A stretch of DNA of 64,000 bases from an uncultured Ferrimonas sp. (GTDB lineage: Bacteria > Pseudomonadota > Gammaproteobacteria > Enterobacterales > Shewanellaceae), in assembly GCF_947489035.1 (NCBI RefSeq), contig NZ_CANLCI010000003.1, positions 155,533-219,532 on the forward strand, given 5' to 3'. This document shows positions 33,801 to 43,594 of this stretch, piece by piece (the stretch's first letter is position 1; the number at the start of each line of letters is the position of its first letter). A program made the position numbers and the translations under genes. Below the pieces are notes generated by a model. That model was given only the letters and a program-made list of their open reading frames with translations, searched no databases and had not been told where the DNA came from.

Positions 33801-34497
33801 GCCGTGGCCACGGCCCATAACAGATCCCATTCAGCGCCGCCCCGTGTTGCTCATCCAGTTCAGCCACAACTTCCACAAACTGCGACTGTAATAAGCGCTC
33901 TAATTCCGTCACGCCTTGGTTAACCGAAACCGGATCCAGCGGCGTTGCCTGCAGTAACGCCAGCAACATGGTCGCCAGATCGACCGCCTGCTGTTGCACC
34001 GGATTAAGCTGCTGATAATGGCGCTGACGCTGCAACTGCTGCTGATATTCTTGCTGGCCATCCACCAACCGTTGCCCACCTTGTGCGATTTGGCTTAACC
34101 ACGGTGATCCGCCCAGCGCCCCCGCCAGCGAAGTGATCCGCCCTTGCGTGTTGCTGCCAGCGGCGCCCCAGCCCAACATATTGGCCACGGCCGTGATCCC
34201 GCGTAATTTAGGGTGCAACGCCAACAGTTGCGGCAACAGCCGTAGCAGCTGCTTGACCATGATCAGTGCTTGCTCCTCTGGCAGCTGCAACAGGTGGCGC
34301 AGCAACTGCTGCAAACGCTGTTGCAGCGCTTGTTGGGGAGCCGTGCGCGGATCAGCAGGGGCAATCACCCCATGTTGTTGCAGAGCTGCTTTACCTTGTT
34401 GTGCCAAATGGGTGATCTTCTCTTTGTTGGCATCCAGTAGCGGTTGCGCCTGCGTTAACACGCCCTCATCAACAATCCGTTTTAGCCACTTGCTCAT
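33793..34497 (-). CDS. Hypothetical Q/L-rich helical protein
   Basis: 234-aa intact ORF, divergent from truC. Its 3' end overlaps the convergent 33381 gene by 8 nt. I recognised no family. Confidence 0.55.
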   Translation of the reverse strand: MSKWLKRIVDEGVLTQAQPLLDANKEKITHLAQQGKAALQQHGVIAPADPRTAPQQALQQRLQQLLRHLLQLPEEQALIMVKQLLRLLPQLLALHPKLRGITAVANMLGWGAAGSNTQGRITSLAGALGGSPWLSQIAQGGQRLVDGQQEYQQQLQRQRHYQQLNPVQQQAVDLATMLLALLQATPLDPVSVNQGVTELERLLQSQFVEVVAELDEQHGAALNGICYGPWPRLS

Positions 34498-34579
34498 TGC
34501 GCGTTCCTAATTATCTCGCTGCGTCGGCTGGCGCCATCTGCTAGCATTGCCATTTTTTGTAAGCCGCCGTAGCCACACT

Positions 34580-35302
34580 ATGATTTTGCCGATCCTTTAC
34601 CAAGACGACCACCTGGTTGCCATTAATAAACCCGCCAACATGTTGGTGCATCGTGGCGAAAAGCTCAGCCACGGTCGCCAGTTTGTGCTGCAAACCTTAC
34701 GCGATCAACTGGGGCAGTCGGTTTACCCAGTACATCGGCTCGACAAAGCCACGTCAGGGGTGCTGTTGATGGCAAAATCAGCCCAAAGCGCCAGTGAAAC
34801 CATCAAAACATGGCAACAAGTACAGAAACACTATCTGGCGGTGGTGCGCGGCCATGCTCCAGAGCAGGCCTCGATTGATCTGCCACTGGCACAGCCGCGG
34901 GATCGCAGTAACCCCAACTGGCAACCCGGGCCGGAGAAAGACGCCTTAACCACGGTTCGCTGCCTTGATCAAATTGAGCTGCCGATTATGATCGATAAAT
35001 ACCCCAGCTCACGTTATTCGTTGGTGCGTTGCCAGCCCCATACTGGCCGTAAACATCAACTGCGCCGTCACTTGCGTCACCTTGGCCACCCCATTTTATG
35101 CGATACCCGCTACGGCAAGAATCGTCATTATCACTATTTTCGCGATGAACTGGGCATCGATCGCATGTTACTGCACGCACAGCAGATCCGCTTTTTCTCG
35201 GTGAGCGCACAACAACAGATAACGGTAACGGCACCATTGGACGACACCTTTGCTGGCTTGTTACATCGCTTCAATTGGCAACAACACGGCGATAAATCGT
35301 AA
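34580..35302 (+). CDS. truC: tRNA pseudouridine(65) synthase TruC (RluA family)
   Basis: MILPILYQDDHLVAINKPANMLVHR parallels the E. coli TruC N-terminus. It has the catalytic HRLDKATSGVLLMAK and the HQLRRHL motif. Confidence 0.85.
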   Translation: MILPILYQDDHLVAINKPANMLVHRGEKLSHGRQFVLQTLRDQLGQSVYPVHRLDKATSGVLLMAKSAQSASETIKTWQQVQKHYLAVVRGHAPEQASIDLPLAQPRDRSNPNWQPGPEKDALTTVRCLDQIELPIMIDKYPSSRYSLVRCQPHTGRKHQLRRHLRHLGHPILCDTRYGKNRHYHYFRDELGIDRMLLHAQQIRFFSVSAQQQITVTAPLDDTFAGLLHRFNWQQHGDKS

Positions 35303-35384
35303 CTGGTTACATTTGCCGCTGTCGATCATTCCCCGAGGCTGGCAGGATGTAACATTCTGCTAACAGCAATCTTCAAGGAATGAT

Positions 35385-36665
35385 ATGAACTTAAGGATCA
35401 AGACATTAGCTGCTGCTATTGGGTTGTGTGCCAGCCCGCTGGTCGTTGCCGACAACCATTATATCCATGCGGGTAAACTGATTGATGGGGTCAGTAACAA
35501 GGTACGCAATGAGGTAACGGTTGTGGTGCGCGATAACCGCATCGAACAGATCGTCGATGGCTACCTAACCGCCACCGATGGCACCGTGATTGATCTAAAA
35601 GCGCACACGCTCATGCCCGGATTGATGGACATGCACACCCACGTTGATATGGTGCTGAACCAAGCCAGTTACAGTGAAGGCTTCTTTAAAAATCCCCCCT
35701 ATTTCGCTCTGCGAGCCACCAACTACGTCAACGACACCCTGCTGGCTGGCTTTACCACGGTGCGTAACTTAGGCGGCACCGTCTCAACGGATCTGCGTGA
35801 TGCCATCAACCAAGGTCACATCAATGGACCACGGATCTACGCCGCCGGTAAATCCATCGCCAGTACCGGTGGTCATGCCGATCCCACCAACGGCATCAAT
35901 CGTCATCTCAGTTTGCTTGAAGGTGCCCCAGGGCCAACCCAAGGGGTTATCAACGGGTACGATGACGCTCGCCAAGCGGTACGCCAACGCTATAAAGAAG
36001 GCTCGGATGTGATCAAATTAACCGTAACAGGCGGCGTACTCAGCTTGGCCAAAAGCGGCGACAACCCACAGTTTATGGAAGATGAATTAAAAGGTGTGAT
36101 GGACACCGCCAAGGATTATGGCTTTGTGGTAGCAGTGCACGCCCATGGCGCAGAAGGCATGAAACGCGCCATTCGTGCTGGGGTCGATTCAGTGGAACAC
36201 GGCACCTACATGGATGCAGAAACCATTAAGCTGATGAAGCGCAACGGCACCTACTATGTGCCCACCATCAGCGCCGGTAAGTGGGTTGCCAGCCACGTTG
36301 ATGACTATCCCCCAATTGTGCGTCCCAAAGCGTTAGCGGTTGGGCCACAGATCCAAAAAACCTTTGCCAAGGCTTATAACGCTGGGGTGAACATCGCCTT
36401 TGGTACCGATGCTGGGGTCTTCCCTCACGGCTTAAATGGCCGCGAGTTCACCTATATGGTGGAAGCAGGAATGCCGGCCATGGCGGCCATTCAGTCGGCC
36501 ACCATCAATGGCGCCAAATTACTGCGGATTGACGACAAACTTGGATCGGTTGAAGTGGGCAAATTGGCCGACTTGGTGGCGGTTAAAGGCGATCCACTGC
36601 AAGACATTAGCCTGATGGAAAACATCAGCTTTGTGATGAAAGACGGCAAAGTCTATAAAGGCTAA
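35385..36665 (+). CDS. Periplasmic metal-dependent amidohydrolase family protein
   Basis: Signal peptide plus metal ligands MDMHTHVD (HxH), AVHAHG and GTDAG (Asp), typical of the amidohydrolase superfamily. Confidence 0.85.
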   Translation: MNLRIKTLAAAIGLCASPLVVADNHYIHAGKLIDGVSNKVRNEVTVVVRDNRIEQIVDGYLTATDGTVIDLKAHTLMPGLMDMHTHVDMVLNQASYSEGFFKNPPYFALRATNYVNDTLLAGFTTVRNLGGTVSTDLRDAINQGHINGPRIYAAGKSIASTGGHADPTNGINRHLSLLEGAPGPTQGVINGYDDARQAVRQRYKEGSDVIKLTVTGGVLSLAKSGDNPQFMEDELKGVMDTAKDYGFVVAVHAHGAEGMKRAIRAGVDSVEHGTYMDAETIKLMKRNGTYYVPTISAGKWVASHVDDYPPIVRPKALAVGPQIQKTFAKAYNAGVNIAFGTDAGVFPHGLNGREFTYMVEAGMPAMAAIQSATINGAKLLRIDDKLGSVEVGKLADLVAVKGDPLQDISLMENISFVMKDGKVYKG

Positions 36666-36728
36666 GCCTGTCCCACTGGCAGAGGCCGCTGATTTAGCGG
36701 TAGGCTGCGCGCTACCCAGCAAAGAAAA

Positions 36729-36756
36729 AGGCCGCATAGCGGCCTTTGTGCTGTTT
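36729..36756. terminator. Terminator between the convergent amidohydrolase and FAD-oxidoreductase genes
   Basis: aggccgc-ata-gcggcct flanked by aaagaaaaa and tttgtgctgttt. Confidence 0.75.
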
Positions 36757-36794
36757 CAATGATGTCGCTAACTGCGGTGCCCGTTGCCGCAACG

Positions 36795-38225
36795 TTACTT
36801 CGGCTCTACCCGACGCGCCAGCGCCACAGGGTAGTTACGCTCGGAGGCGATCGCTTCAGCGCGTTGCAACACCTGTTGATAGGGCACACTCGCTTCAGCA
36901 GGGCTTGCTTCTTCACTGTCGTGAGCCAACAGGCCACAACGCTGCAGCTGCAATTCAATCTCCCGAGCTGCTGGGATCGCCGATGACGCCTTTACTATCT
37001 CGGCACGGGCATAGTTGCCTTTGGCAAAAGCCACATTAGCCGCACGCAGCGTAACGTCATCGCCGGGGATCTGCTGAGCGCCATACAACGGTTTCGCGGT
37101 GCCTTGAGCACTGGCAAACTGTGGCAGGAAATAGGCCAAATGCGCCACCGCATTACGGGTTCGGCGGTGCACCACTTCTGCTGGCCACCCCTTATTAAGC
37201 TTCTGCCGCAACGGCAAGGGCAATAACGGCTGGGCACTGTCTTGAGTTGAAGCGGCCAGACCATCTTTAAACAGCGTGATGTCGTCAGTCATGCCATGCA
37301 GCTGAAACAGACCGTCTGCGTATGGTGTTAGCTGTGCCATGCCATTGGGGGTGCCCCGTTCGCCATGAAATATCACCTCTGGCCAGATCCCCGGTTGCGA
37401 CCACTGAGTCACATAAGCGGCTTTAAATTCCACTAAGCGGGGGCTTGCAACGTCAAGTTGATCATCCAACACGCCGCTGCGGTAGCCACAAGCGTTGATC
37501 AAATAATCCACCTGTACGCTGTGGTTTTCTAGGCTGATACGCCAACCGCGGCCACAGGGTTTAACCTGCTGCACGGCCGCATTCAACAATACCTGACAGT
37601 TATGGCGATTCGCTAACATCAATTCGGCACTGGCTGCTAAGCGGAACAGGCTCAGCCCATACTCTTGCACCAACACCAACGGCCACTTTACTGTGTCAAA
37701 ATCCAATTGCTTGGCCAGTGGGATCATCCACTCATCGGGGCTGCTTGGGGCCGTGGGCAACGGCAGCTGTGCCAGTTGCCGCATGGTCGCTTCGCTGTAC
37801 AAACGAAAGTAATCGGCGGGTTTGCCCAACACCTGATTTGCTGGGTCTTGATCCACCAGCTGCTGATAGCACTGTTGCAGCATAACTAATCGGGGCAGGA
37901 GTTCATCGGCACTGCCGGGATCACGCTGCGGTACAGCAATCACCGTCGGCCGAACATTGGCGCAATGGGGAAACAACTTCAAAGTATCAACGGACTCTTG
38001 CAGCAGCTGTACGCACTGTTGTTCATCAATTTCGCGGTAAAGGTTGCCGCCTGCGTGCAGGTGGCAGATCGGTGGCCCGTTAACGAGGCTACTGCCTTGT
38101 TCTAACAGGATCACTTCCAGATCCGCTCTTTGGCTTAACTGCATCGCGATAGTGGAACCCGCAACCCCGCCGCCAATGATCCCAACCCGGGGGCGCTCTG
38201 CCAAATTCAGTGACTCGTTGTACAT
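36795..38225 (-). CDS. FAD-dependent oxidoreductase, unknown substrate
   Basis: 476 aa with an N-terminal dinucleotide-binding motif VGIIGGGVAGSTIAMQL...VILLEQ. I could not assign a subfamily by eye. Confidence 0.75.
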   Translation of the reverse strand: MYNESLNLAERPRVGIIGGGVAGSTIAMQLSQRADLEVILLEQGSSLVNGPPICHLHAGGNLYREIDEQQCVQLLQESVDTLKLFPHCANVRPTVIAVPQRDPGSADELLPRLVMLQQCYQQLVDQDPANQVLGKPADYFRLYSEATMRQLAQLPLPTAPSSPDEWMIPLAKQLDFDTVKWPLVLVQEYGLSLFRLAASAELMLANRHNCQVLLNAAVQQVKPCGRGWRISLENHSVQVDYLINACGYRSGVLDDQLDVASPRLVEFKAAYVTQWSQPGIWPEVIFHGERGTPNGMAQLTPYADGLFQLHGMTDDITLFKDGLAASTQDSAQPLLPLPLRQKLNKGWPAEVVHRRTRNAVAHLAYFLPQFASAQGTAKPLYGAQQIPGDDVTLRAANVAFAKGNYARAEIVKASSAIPAAREIELQLQRCGLLAHDSEEASPAEASVPYQQVLQRAEAIASERNYPVALARRVEPK

Positions 38226-38366
38226 CTATAAACTTCAACCTGCCTAACGTGGGCACAATATACTGCGAACCACTGGCAGTGCCTAGTGGGCAACGTAGAT
38301 CAGTCTTGGCTTAGCAACGATGCACTGGCATTCAGCGCACGTCATCTCAAAGAAAAAAGGCCGTCA

Positions 38367-38840
38367 CTATGAAGCTGTGGGTGCTGGCAGCTGATGCAAA
38401 ATGGCCGAGACCGACACCACTTCAGAAAGTAACTTGCGGGAAGCGGCTTCATCCGCCGGGGTCAGTAAGTCGAGTGAGACTTCAAGGTGGGACAGTGGCA
38501 CGGTGTCACCATCAATCGCAAAGTTTTGGGCCACCAAGGTGAGCGTGACTTGGTTACGGCCAACGATGGCTTGGATCGGTGCATGGGGAATAAAGCTCTC
38601 ACGATTCGCGGGGGCTAAATTGATGCGAACGTCTTCACCAAAGGCACCGTCATAGCAGTAATCCAACTCTAATATGATGTAACTGGGATTATTGGCGATG
38701 GCCGAGACCGCCACGATATCGTTGCCCTGCTCGCAGCCCGCCACACCACTGATGGGCGCGTTCATTCGAGTCACCGCAGCATTCATCTGATCACAACCAC
38801 TTAGCAGCACCAGTGCTGCTAATGCGAAAATCCCTCGCAT
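38367..38840 (-). CDS. Hypothetical lipoprotein
   Basis: 157 aa with lipobox LLSGC at the end of the signal peptide and a GGAGAGAAAGG RBS. Confidence 0.65.
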   Translation of the reverse strand: MRGIFALAALVLLSGCDQMNAAVTRMNAPISGVAGCEQGNDIVAVSAIANNPSYIILELDYCYDGAFGEDVRINLAPANRESFIPHAPIQAIVGRNQVTLTLVAQNFAIDGDTVPLSHLEVSLDLLTPADEAASRKLLSEVVSVSAILHQLPAPTAS

Positions 38841-38982
38841 CCTTTCTCTCCAATATTACCGCTTCCACTTTACAGTTCATTAACTTATCAGGCCAACGCA
38901 GCCAAGCATAGAGGAGTTGTCGTACAGTCTTGGCAGAGATCTTCACCACAGATGCCATTTCAGCCTGCCGAGTGCCCTACGC

Positions 38983-40542
38983 TCATGGCCTTTGCCCATC
39001 ACGCTTAATGGGTTTAAGCAGGGTGAGTTCGTTGCGAAAAGAGAACAGATCCTTACCGCCGCGCGCGAGCACGTAGATAACGATCAGAGCCGTTGGCCAA
39101 TTGGCGTAGATGGTAAAGCCAGCGGATGCAGAAAAGCCGACCATGGTCATCATACTCAGCAACAGCAGCGCGGTAACTAAGTGATTAGGGTAACCGATGG
39201 TGGTGCCGTTGAAGCGGTAAATGACGTAGGGGAACCACTTGCCTAGGGTCCACGCCAAACAGAACAACGCGCCGGATTCGATGGTTGGGAAAAACAGAAT
39301 GTAGCCACAGTTACGAGCAAACTGCAGCAGCAGCATGGGCAATAGGCGACCACGAACGGGGGTGCGATTAAACCAATAAAATACCGCCCGTACCGCCAAC
39401 ATAAACAGCGCGAATCCCGCCCAGATCGCCGCCACCGCCGCAAGCCCAGAAAGAGATAATGCCGCAGGCAACCAGCTGGCCCCAAGGCTCGCTATCCACG
39501 CCGCGGGCACAGCAATCAGTAAGCCACAGCTCCACGCAAACCACGGCTTAAAATGATGGCCAAGTTGCAGAAACTCCGTTGCAACCTGTGGTTTCTCTTC
39601 CAAAATCAGCCCAAGCCGATCGTTTTCATGGTAACCGGTTTCGTAAATGCTGAAGTAGGCCAGCACAAACAGCAGTAAACTTGCGGCGCACAGCAGCGGC
39701 TCTGGGCTAACTAAGGCAAACGCCAACAGCAAACCAAGATAGTCGTGGCCCAAGATCACCCGAGTGATGTAGTTCTCTTTGGGTCGATTCACCTTCTTGG
39801 TAAACACCAGTGGCAGCATCGGCGACAGCCCCGCATGTTCGCACTTGGCGTTCGGCCATTTACATAACAAGCCCTTCGCACTGCGCTGCAACAGATCTCG
39901 ATCTAATAGGCTATCGGTAATGGTGGTGCTGGCGGCGACCACTTCGACCCCCAACGCGTCCTCTACGGTTCTGGCCTTGCCTTGGGCTCGGATTGTGCTG
40001 GCATTGTCCAAGCGCGAACACATGGTTAGTTGCAACTTGGGATCGATCGCAGCCAGCATCGGCGCCACAATAAAATCAAACCCGAAGGAAACGATATGGA
40101 TGTGCTTAGGATCCCGCTGTTGCAGCGCGGCATACAGCGGCTGATTGAGGTATTTGGGCCCCAACTCTTTTGCTGTGGCCAACCACTGCTGCTTCGCCCA
40201 TGGCATCAACCACAACACCACTTTTAAACGGAACACTTCGCGGTAATGTTCGGGATCCTCGCCGCCAAACCATTTCCACGGCCGCAGCATCCCCAGCAAT
40301 TGAATAATGATCGCCAGCATCAACGCCGGTTTTACATTGGCAAGAAAGGTTTCGGTCGAGTTACGTAGCCACAGGGTTTCATCAAAATCCACCAGCAAAG
40401 TGGTGGTGTCGGCGGTTTGCTCTATTTCACTAATAAGCTGTTCTGGCTCTAGCTGATAATCATCAAGCAGTGATTGTCGTTGTTGTGCTTGTTGCTGCTG
40501 CAGATTGAGCTTTTCCGCAGTATTGCCCACTGATTTCATCAT
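38983..40542 (-). CDS. Fusion protein with an N-terminal HAD-IB-like phosphatase domain and a C-terminal polytopic membrane domain of unknown family
   Basis: HAD motifs occur in order: DFDET (DxDxT), IVSFG, GKAR and TDSLLDRDLL. About eight TM helices follow. I chose the start MMKSVG because GGAGG lies 7 nt upstream. The track ORF extends to 40620. Confidence 0.7.
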   Translation of the reverse strand: MMKSVGNTAEKLNLQQQQAQQRQSLLDDYQLEPEQLISEIEQTADTTTLLVDFDETLWLRNSTETFLANVKPALMLAIIIQLLGMLRPWKWFGGEDPEHYREVFRLKVVLWLMPWAKQQWLATAKELGPKYLNQPLYAALQQRDPKHIHIVSFGFDFIVAPMLAAIDPKLQLTMCSRLDNASTIRAQGKARTVEDALGVEVVAASTTITDSLLDRDLLQRSAKGLLCKWPNAKCEHAGLSPMLPLVFTKKVNRPKENYITRVILGHDYLGLLLAFALVSPEPLLCAASLLLFVLAYFSIYETGYHENDRLGLILEEKPQVATEFLQLGHHFKPWFAWSCGLLIAVPAAWIASLGASWLPAALSLSGLAAVAAIWAGFALFMLAVRAVFYWFNRTPVRGRLLPMLLLQFARNCGYILFFPTIESGALFCLAWTLGKWFPYVIYRFNGTTIGYPNHLVTALLLLSMMTMVGFSASAGFTIYANWPTALIVIYVLARGGKDLFSFRNELTLLKPIKRDGQRP

Positions 40543-41050
40543 GGTGAAGCCTCCGTGTCTGTACGCACAGTTCATCGTCCTTAACGCAAGGATAGTCAAC
40601 CCGTTGACTAACCTGTTCAAACGGTTGTGATTTATTGCTTGGCCAGCAGCGGATCATCGCCTCTATGCGCGGCGGGGTAAAACACAGCAATACGGGGTTA
40701 AATCACCAGACGACAGCGAGGCACAGCGGCATAACAGCCAAGAAACACACCATGATGAGTACGAGAAATCCCTGTTCGGGGGCTCAGGGATATTCCCGCT
40801 GGCCCGCAGCAATTCAGGCTTCAACGTTCCCTGCTGCGATGAGCAACTGCAACGGCGCAGTCATGGCGTGGATGCACACCGATTTTTCTGTAGATTAGGA
40901 AGCCTTTATCGAGAGATGACAAAGGGGTGGGGTTGGATCCTGGCAAAGCCACTCGCCGTCGTGTCTCCGGCGTCACTCGCTGCGCTCCTTGCGAACCCGA
41001 AGCTCGGGCTCATGCACCCTATCCCTACCACACATTTTGGCGCAGATACG

Positions 41051-41080
41051 AAAAAGGCTTCCCGTTTGGGAAGCCTTTTC
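41051..41080 (-). terminator. Duplicated copy of the tRNA-Ser terminator inside the repeat
   Basis: aaggcttccc-gttt-gggaagcctt with A and T runs. It is identical to the copy at 41221-41250. Confidence 0.7.
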
Positions 41081-41220
41081 GAAATATGGCGGAGGGATAG
41101 GTTTGGAACGTGGCAAAGCCACTCGCCGTCGTGCCTCCGGCGTCACTCGCTGCGCTCCTTGCGAACCCTAAGCTCGGGCTCATGCACCCTATCCCTGCAA
41201 CACATTTTGGCGCAGATACG

Positions 41221-41250
41221 AAAAAGGCTTCCCGTTTGGGAAGCCTTTTC
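41221..41250 (-). terminator. Rho-independent terminator of tRNA-Ser
   Basis: A 10-bp stem aaggcttccc/gggaagcctt, beginning a few nt downstream of the encoded CCA. Confidence 0.8.
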
Positions 41251-41255
41251 GAATA

Positions 41256-41346
41256 TGGCGGAGGGATAGGGATTTGAACCCTAGAGGAGCTATTAACCCC
41301 TGCCGGTTTTCAAGACCGGTGCATTCGACCACTCTGCCATCCCTCC
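41256..41346 (-). tRNA. serT: tRNA-Ser (anticodon UGA), class II, CCA encoded
   Basis: Hand-folded cloverleaf. The acceptor stem is GGAGGGA/TCCCTCC. The anticodon arm CACCGGTCTTGAAAACCGG is identical to E. coli serT. The long variable arm is AGGGG/CTCCT and the T arm is TAGGG-TTCAAAT-CCCTA, with discriminator G plus CCA. Confidence 0.93.
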
Positions 41347-41356
41347 GATGCGGCGT

Positions 41357-41385
41357 ATAATAGGCGGTTCTCTGTAGGCGGTAAA
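41357..41385 (-). promoter_or_regulatory. Putative sigma70 promoter of tRNA-Ser
   Basis: On the minus strand the promoter reads TTTACC, a 17-nt spacer, then TATTAT. A GC-rich discriminator (ACGCCGC) follows, directly before the mature 5' end. Confidence 0.55.
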
Positions 41386-41545
41386 GGGCTAATCACACCA
41401 ACTGCGCAACTGTTGGCCACATTCAAGTTCAACCGTTCAAAACGGCATCAAAGTGGCGATAAAACCCCACTAAAACGGCCTTGGCCAGCATCACCATAGG
41501 CTTATATCGTGCTGCTCAGCCAACCGCAGCCCCGGCAATTACAAC

Positions 41546-41574
41546 AAAGCCCCGGCACGGCCGAGGCTTTTTTA
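41546..41574. terminator. Probable terminator downstream of the MCP gene
   Basis: agcc-c-cggc-acg-gccg-a-ggct hairpin, with a T6 run on the plus strand and TTTGTTGT on the minus strand. Confidence 0.5.
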
Positions 41575-41597
41575 TTGCTTGTAACTGCGCCTCTGGC

Positions 41598-43511
41598 TTA
41601 GTTCAGTTTGAACTGACCAATCAATGCGCGCAGCTGCGAGTTAGCGGCAGCCAAACTGGTGGCTTCGTGCGCCGTGCTTTCGCCGTTATGAGCCAACTGA
41701 CCAACAATCTCTTGGATGCTGCTCATGTTGCGACTCAGCTCAACGGCTACCGAGCTTTGCTCTTCTGCCGCGGTAGCGATTTGACTGTTCAGATCGTTCA
41801 ACTGAGCAACGGACTCAACAATGCTGTCAAGTTCGTGCGCCACCGCTTCGGTACGAACCGAGGTGGTCTCACAGGTCGCTTTGGCGGTATCCATCGCGTT
41901 GATGCTGGTTTCTGAACCCTGCTGCAGCTTAGCCAAGGTCGCTTCCACTTCGGCGGTGCTCTGCTGAGTACGCGCAGCCAATGCACGTACTTCGTCGGCA
42001 ACCACAGCAAAGCCACGGCCTTGATCACCGGCACGAGCGGCTTCAATGGCGGCGTTAAGGGCCAGCAAGTTAGTTTGATCGGCAATATCCCCAATCACTT
42101 TCAACACATGGGTGATCTCAACCGTGTCGCTATTGATGGTGGTGATGCTGGTTGCGGTGCTATCCACTTCAGCCACCAAACGTTCAACGGTTGAGGCGGC
42201 GTCCATAACCATCTGCTGCGACTGCTGCGTTTTGTTGTTGGTGCTGGCGGTGAACTGCGACGCTTCCGACGCATTACGTGCCACATCTTGCGCGGTTGCA
42301 TTCATCTCTTCGATGGCGGCAACCACTTGATCCGTTTCGGCGCTGTGTGCGTGCAAACCTTCATTGGTTTCGATCGCTTGACGCTGAACTTGCTCAATGC
42401 TGTGAGAGATGTTCTCAGAGGCCGCAACCACTTCGCTCATCATCTGCTGCAGGTTGGATACCAAGCGGTTGATGGCGATGCCGATTTGACCAATGTCATC
42501 GTCACTGTTGATTGGCAAACGTTTGGTTAAATCGCCGTCACCTTCAGACAAGTCCTGCACCAGCGCTTTCAGCGACAGGATAGGCTTGAACATCATGTTC
42601 AGCACCAGAACCACCGCGACACAACCAAACAGCAGCATCAATACCGAGCTGATCACCGCCCGTTGCAATGCGCTATCCAATTCGGAATAAGCCACTTTTT
42701 TATCAACGGCAACAATCAGGTGCCAGCTTTTGTTGTTCACCAGATCGATGGATTTGGCGTAGGCCAGACGGTCGACACCGTCTTTGCTAAATTCAATCGG
42801 CGCTTGCTGCTTGCCTTTGATCGATTGCCACTGGCTTGAGAGCCCAAGCTCGGCAAACGATTTCCCAACAGGAATGCTGCGATCGTCACTGGCCAGTACG
42901 TTGCCTTTGTCATCGGCGACAATCGCAACGGCGCCAGGGAAATCAATGCTTTTAACCGCTTGATCTAAAATGCCAAGGGTGATGTCACCCAAGATCACCC
43001 CGTCTTCTACGGCTTTAACCACAGAGATCACAGGCATATTATTTTGGGCATCGAGGTAAACTTCGGTCACGTCAAGCACGCCAACCGCGCGGCCTTGTTT
43101 GTACCAAGGGCGAGTGGTCGCATCGTACTTTTCAATGATGGCGATGCCATTTTCGAAGTTTTCACCATCTAACGTGGTGAATGATTGCCCGTCTTCATTG
43201 GAGATCATCACTTCGTCAATGCCAGAGGCGGCTTGCGTCAATTCGGTGAGCAACACGTAGCGGCTACCGGCATCGCCAGGTCGATACTTTTGAGCAAGGG
43301 CTTCGATGGCACTGCTGCGACGAGCAAACCATTGACTTAACGCATTGGCTTCGTAACGAACGTTCGTGCTGGAACGGGCATCGATGCGAGCAATGGTGCT
43401 CTCTCGCAGTTCGCTGTAAGAGAGTGAGTTACTGATCAGCAGACATACAGACAACAGCGTGACTACAGAAGCGATAATTGAACCTTTGAATCCTATGGAC
43501 TTCACGGTCAT
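41598..43511 (-). CDS. Methyl-accepting chemotaxis protein (Cache-type periplasmic sensor, HAMP, MA domain)
   Basis: 637 aa. An N-terminal TM is followed by a periplasmic domain of about 270 aa and a second TM. It has the highly conserved signalling hairpin [37 protein letters not shown]. Confidence 0.93.
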   Translation of the reverse strand: MTVKSIGFKGSIIASVVTLLSVCLLISNSLSYSELRESTIARIDARSSTNVRYEANALSQWFARRSSAIEALAQKYRPGDAGSRYVLLTELTQAASGIDEVMISNEDGQSFTTLDGENFENGIAIIEKYDATTRPWYKQGRAVGVLDVTEVYLDAQNNMPVISVVKAVEDGVILGDITLGILDQAVKSIDFPGAVAIVADDKGNVLASDDRSIPVGKSFAELGLSSQWQSIKGKQQAPIEFSKDGVDRLAYAKSIDLVNNKSWHLIVAVDKKVAYSELDSALQRAVISSVLMLLFGCVAVVLVLNMMFKPILSLKALVQDLSEGDGDLTKRLPINSDDDIGQIGIAINRLVSNLQQMMSEVVAASENISHSIEQVQRQAIETNEGLHAHSAETDQVVAAIEEMNATAQDVARNASEASQFTASTNNKTQQSQQMVMDAASTVERLVAEVDSTATSITTINSDTVEITHVLKVIGDIADQTNLLALNAAIEAARAGDQGRGFAVVADEVRALAARTQQSTAEVEATLAKLQQGSETSINAMDTAKATCETTSVRTEAVAHELDSIVESVAQLNDLNSQIATAAEEQSSVAVELSRNMSSIQEIVGQLAHNGESTAHEATSLAAANSQLRALIGQFKLN

Positions 43512-43594
43512 CCTCTTTGCTTTTATTTCGTTGGCGCTTCCTGTGCCGAATTGATCTCACCATCCTAGTGAAAATTTTTCTTAGTGTACCGAAG

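Larger units (their letters stand above)
40898..41255 (-). repeat. Tandem array (period 170 bp, two near-identical copies plus a degenerate third end) downstream of tRNA-Ser
   Basis: 40941-41110 versus 41111-41280 differ by 4 substitutions and one 1-nt indel until the T-loop. Each unit holds a structured module of about 110 nt, a truncated tRNA 3' end (tggcggagggatagg at 41087-41101) and a terminator copy. 40898-40940 is a degenerate further copy of the terminator arm plus the 3' end. Confidence 0.9.

Noticed and set aside
40868-41269. 133-aa plus-strand ORF (and 40989-41171) spanning the region next to tRNA-Ser
   Set aside because: It runs straight through the 170-bp tandem repeats. Because 170 is not a multiple of 3, the two near-identical copies are read in different frames, and the ORF also crosses two terminator hairpins. 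It is an artefact of a stop-free repeat.
36795-41346. Genomic island integrated at tRNA-Ser
   Set aside because: tRNA 3'-end repeats exist only within about 350 bp of the tRNA. I found no further att-like copy near 36.7 kb, 38.3 kb or 38.9 kb, no integrase or excisionase, and no obvious compositional break. An intact island cannot be claimed.
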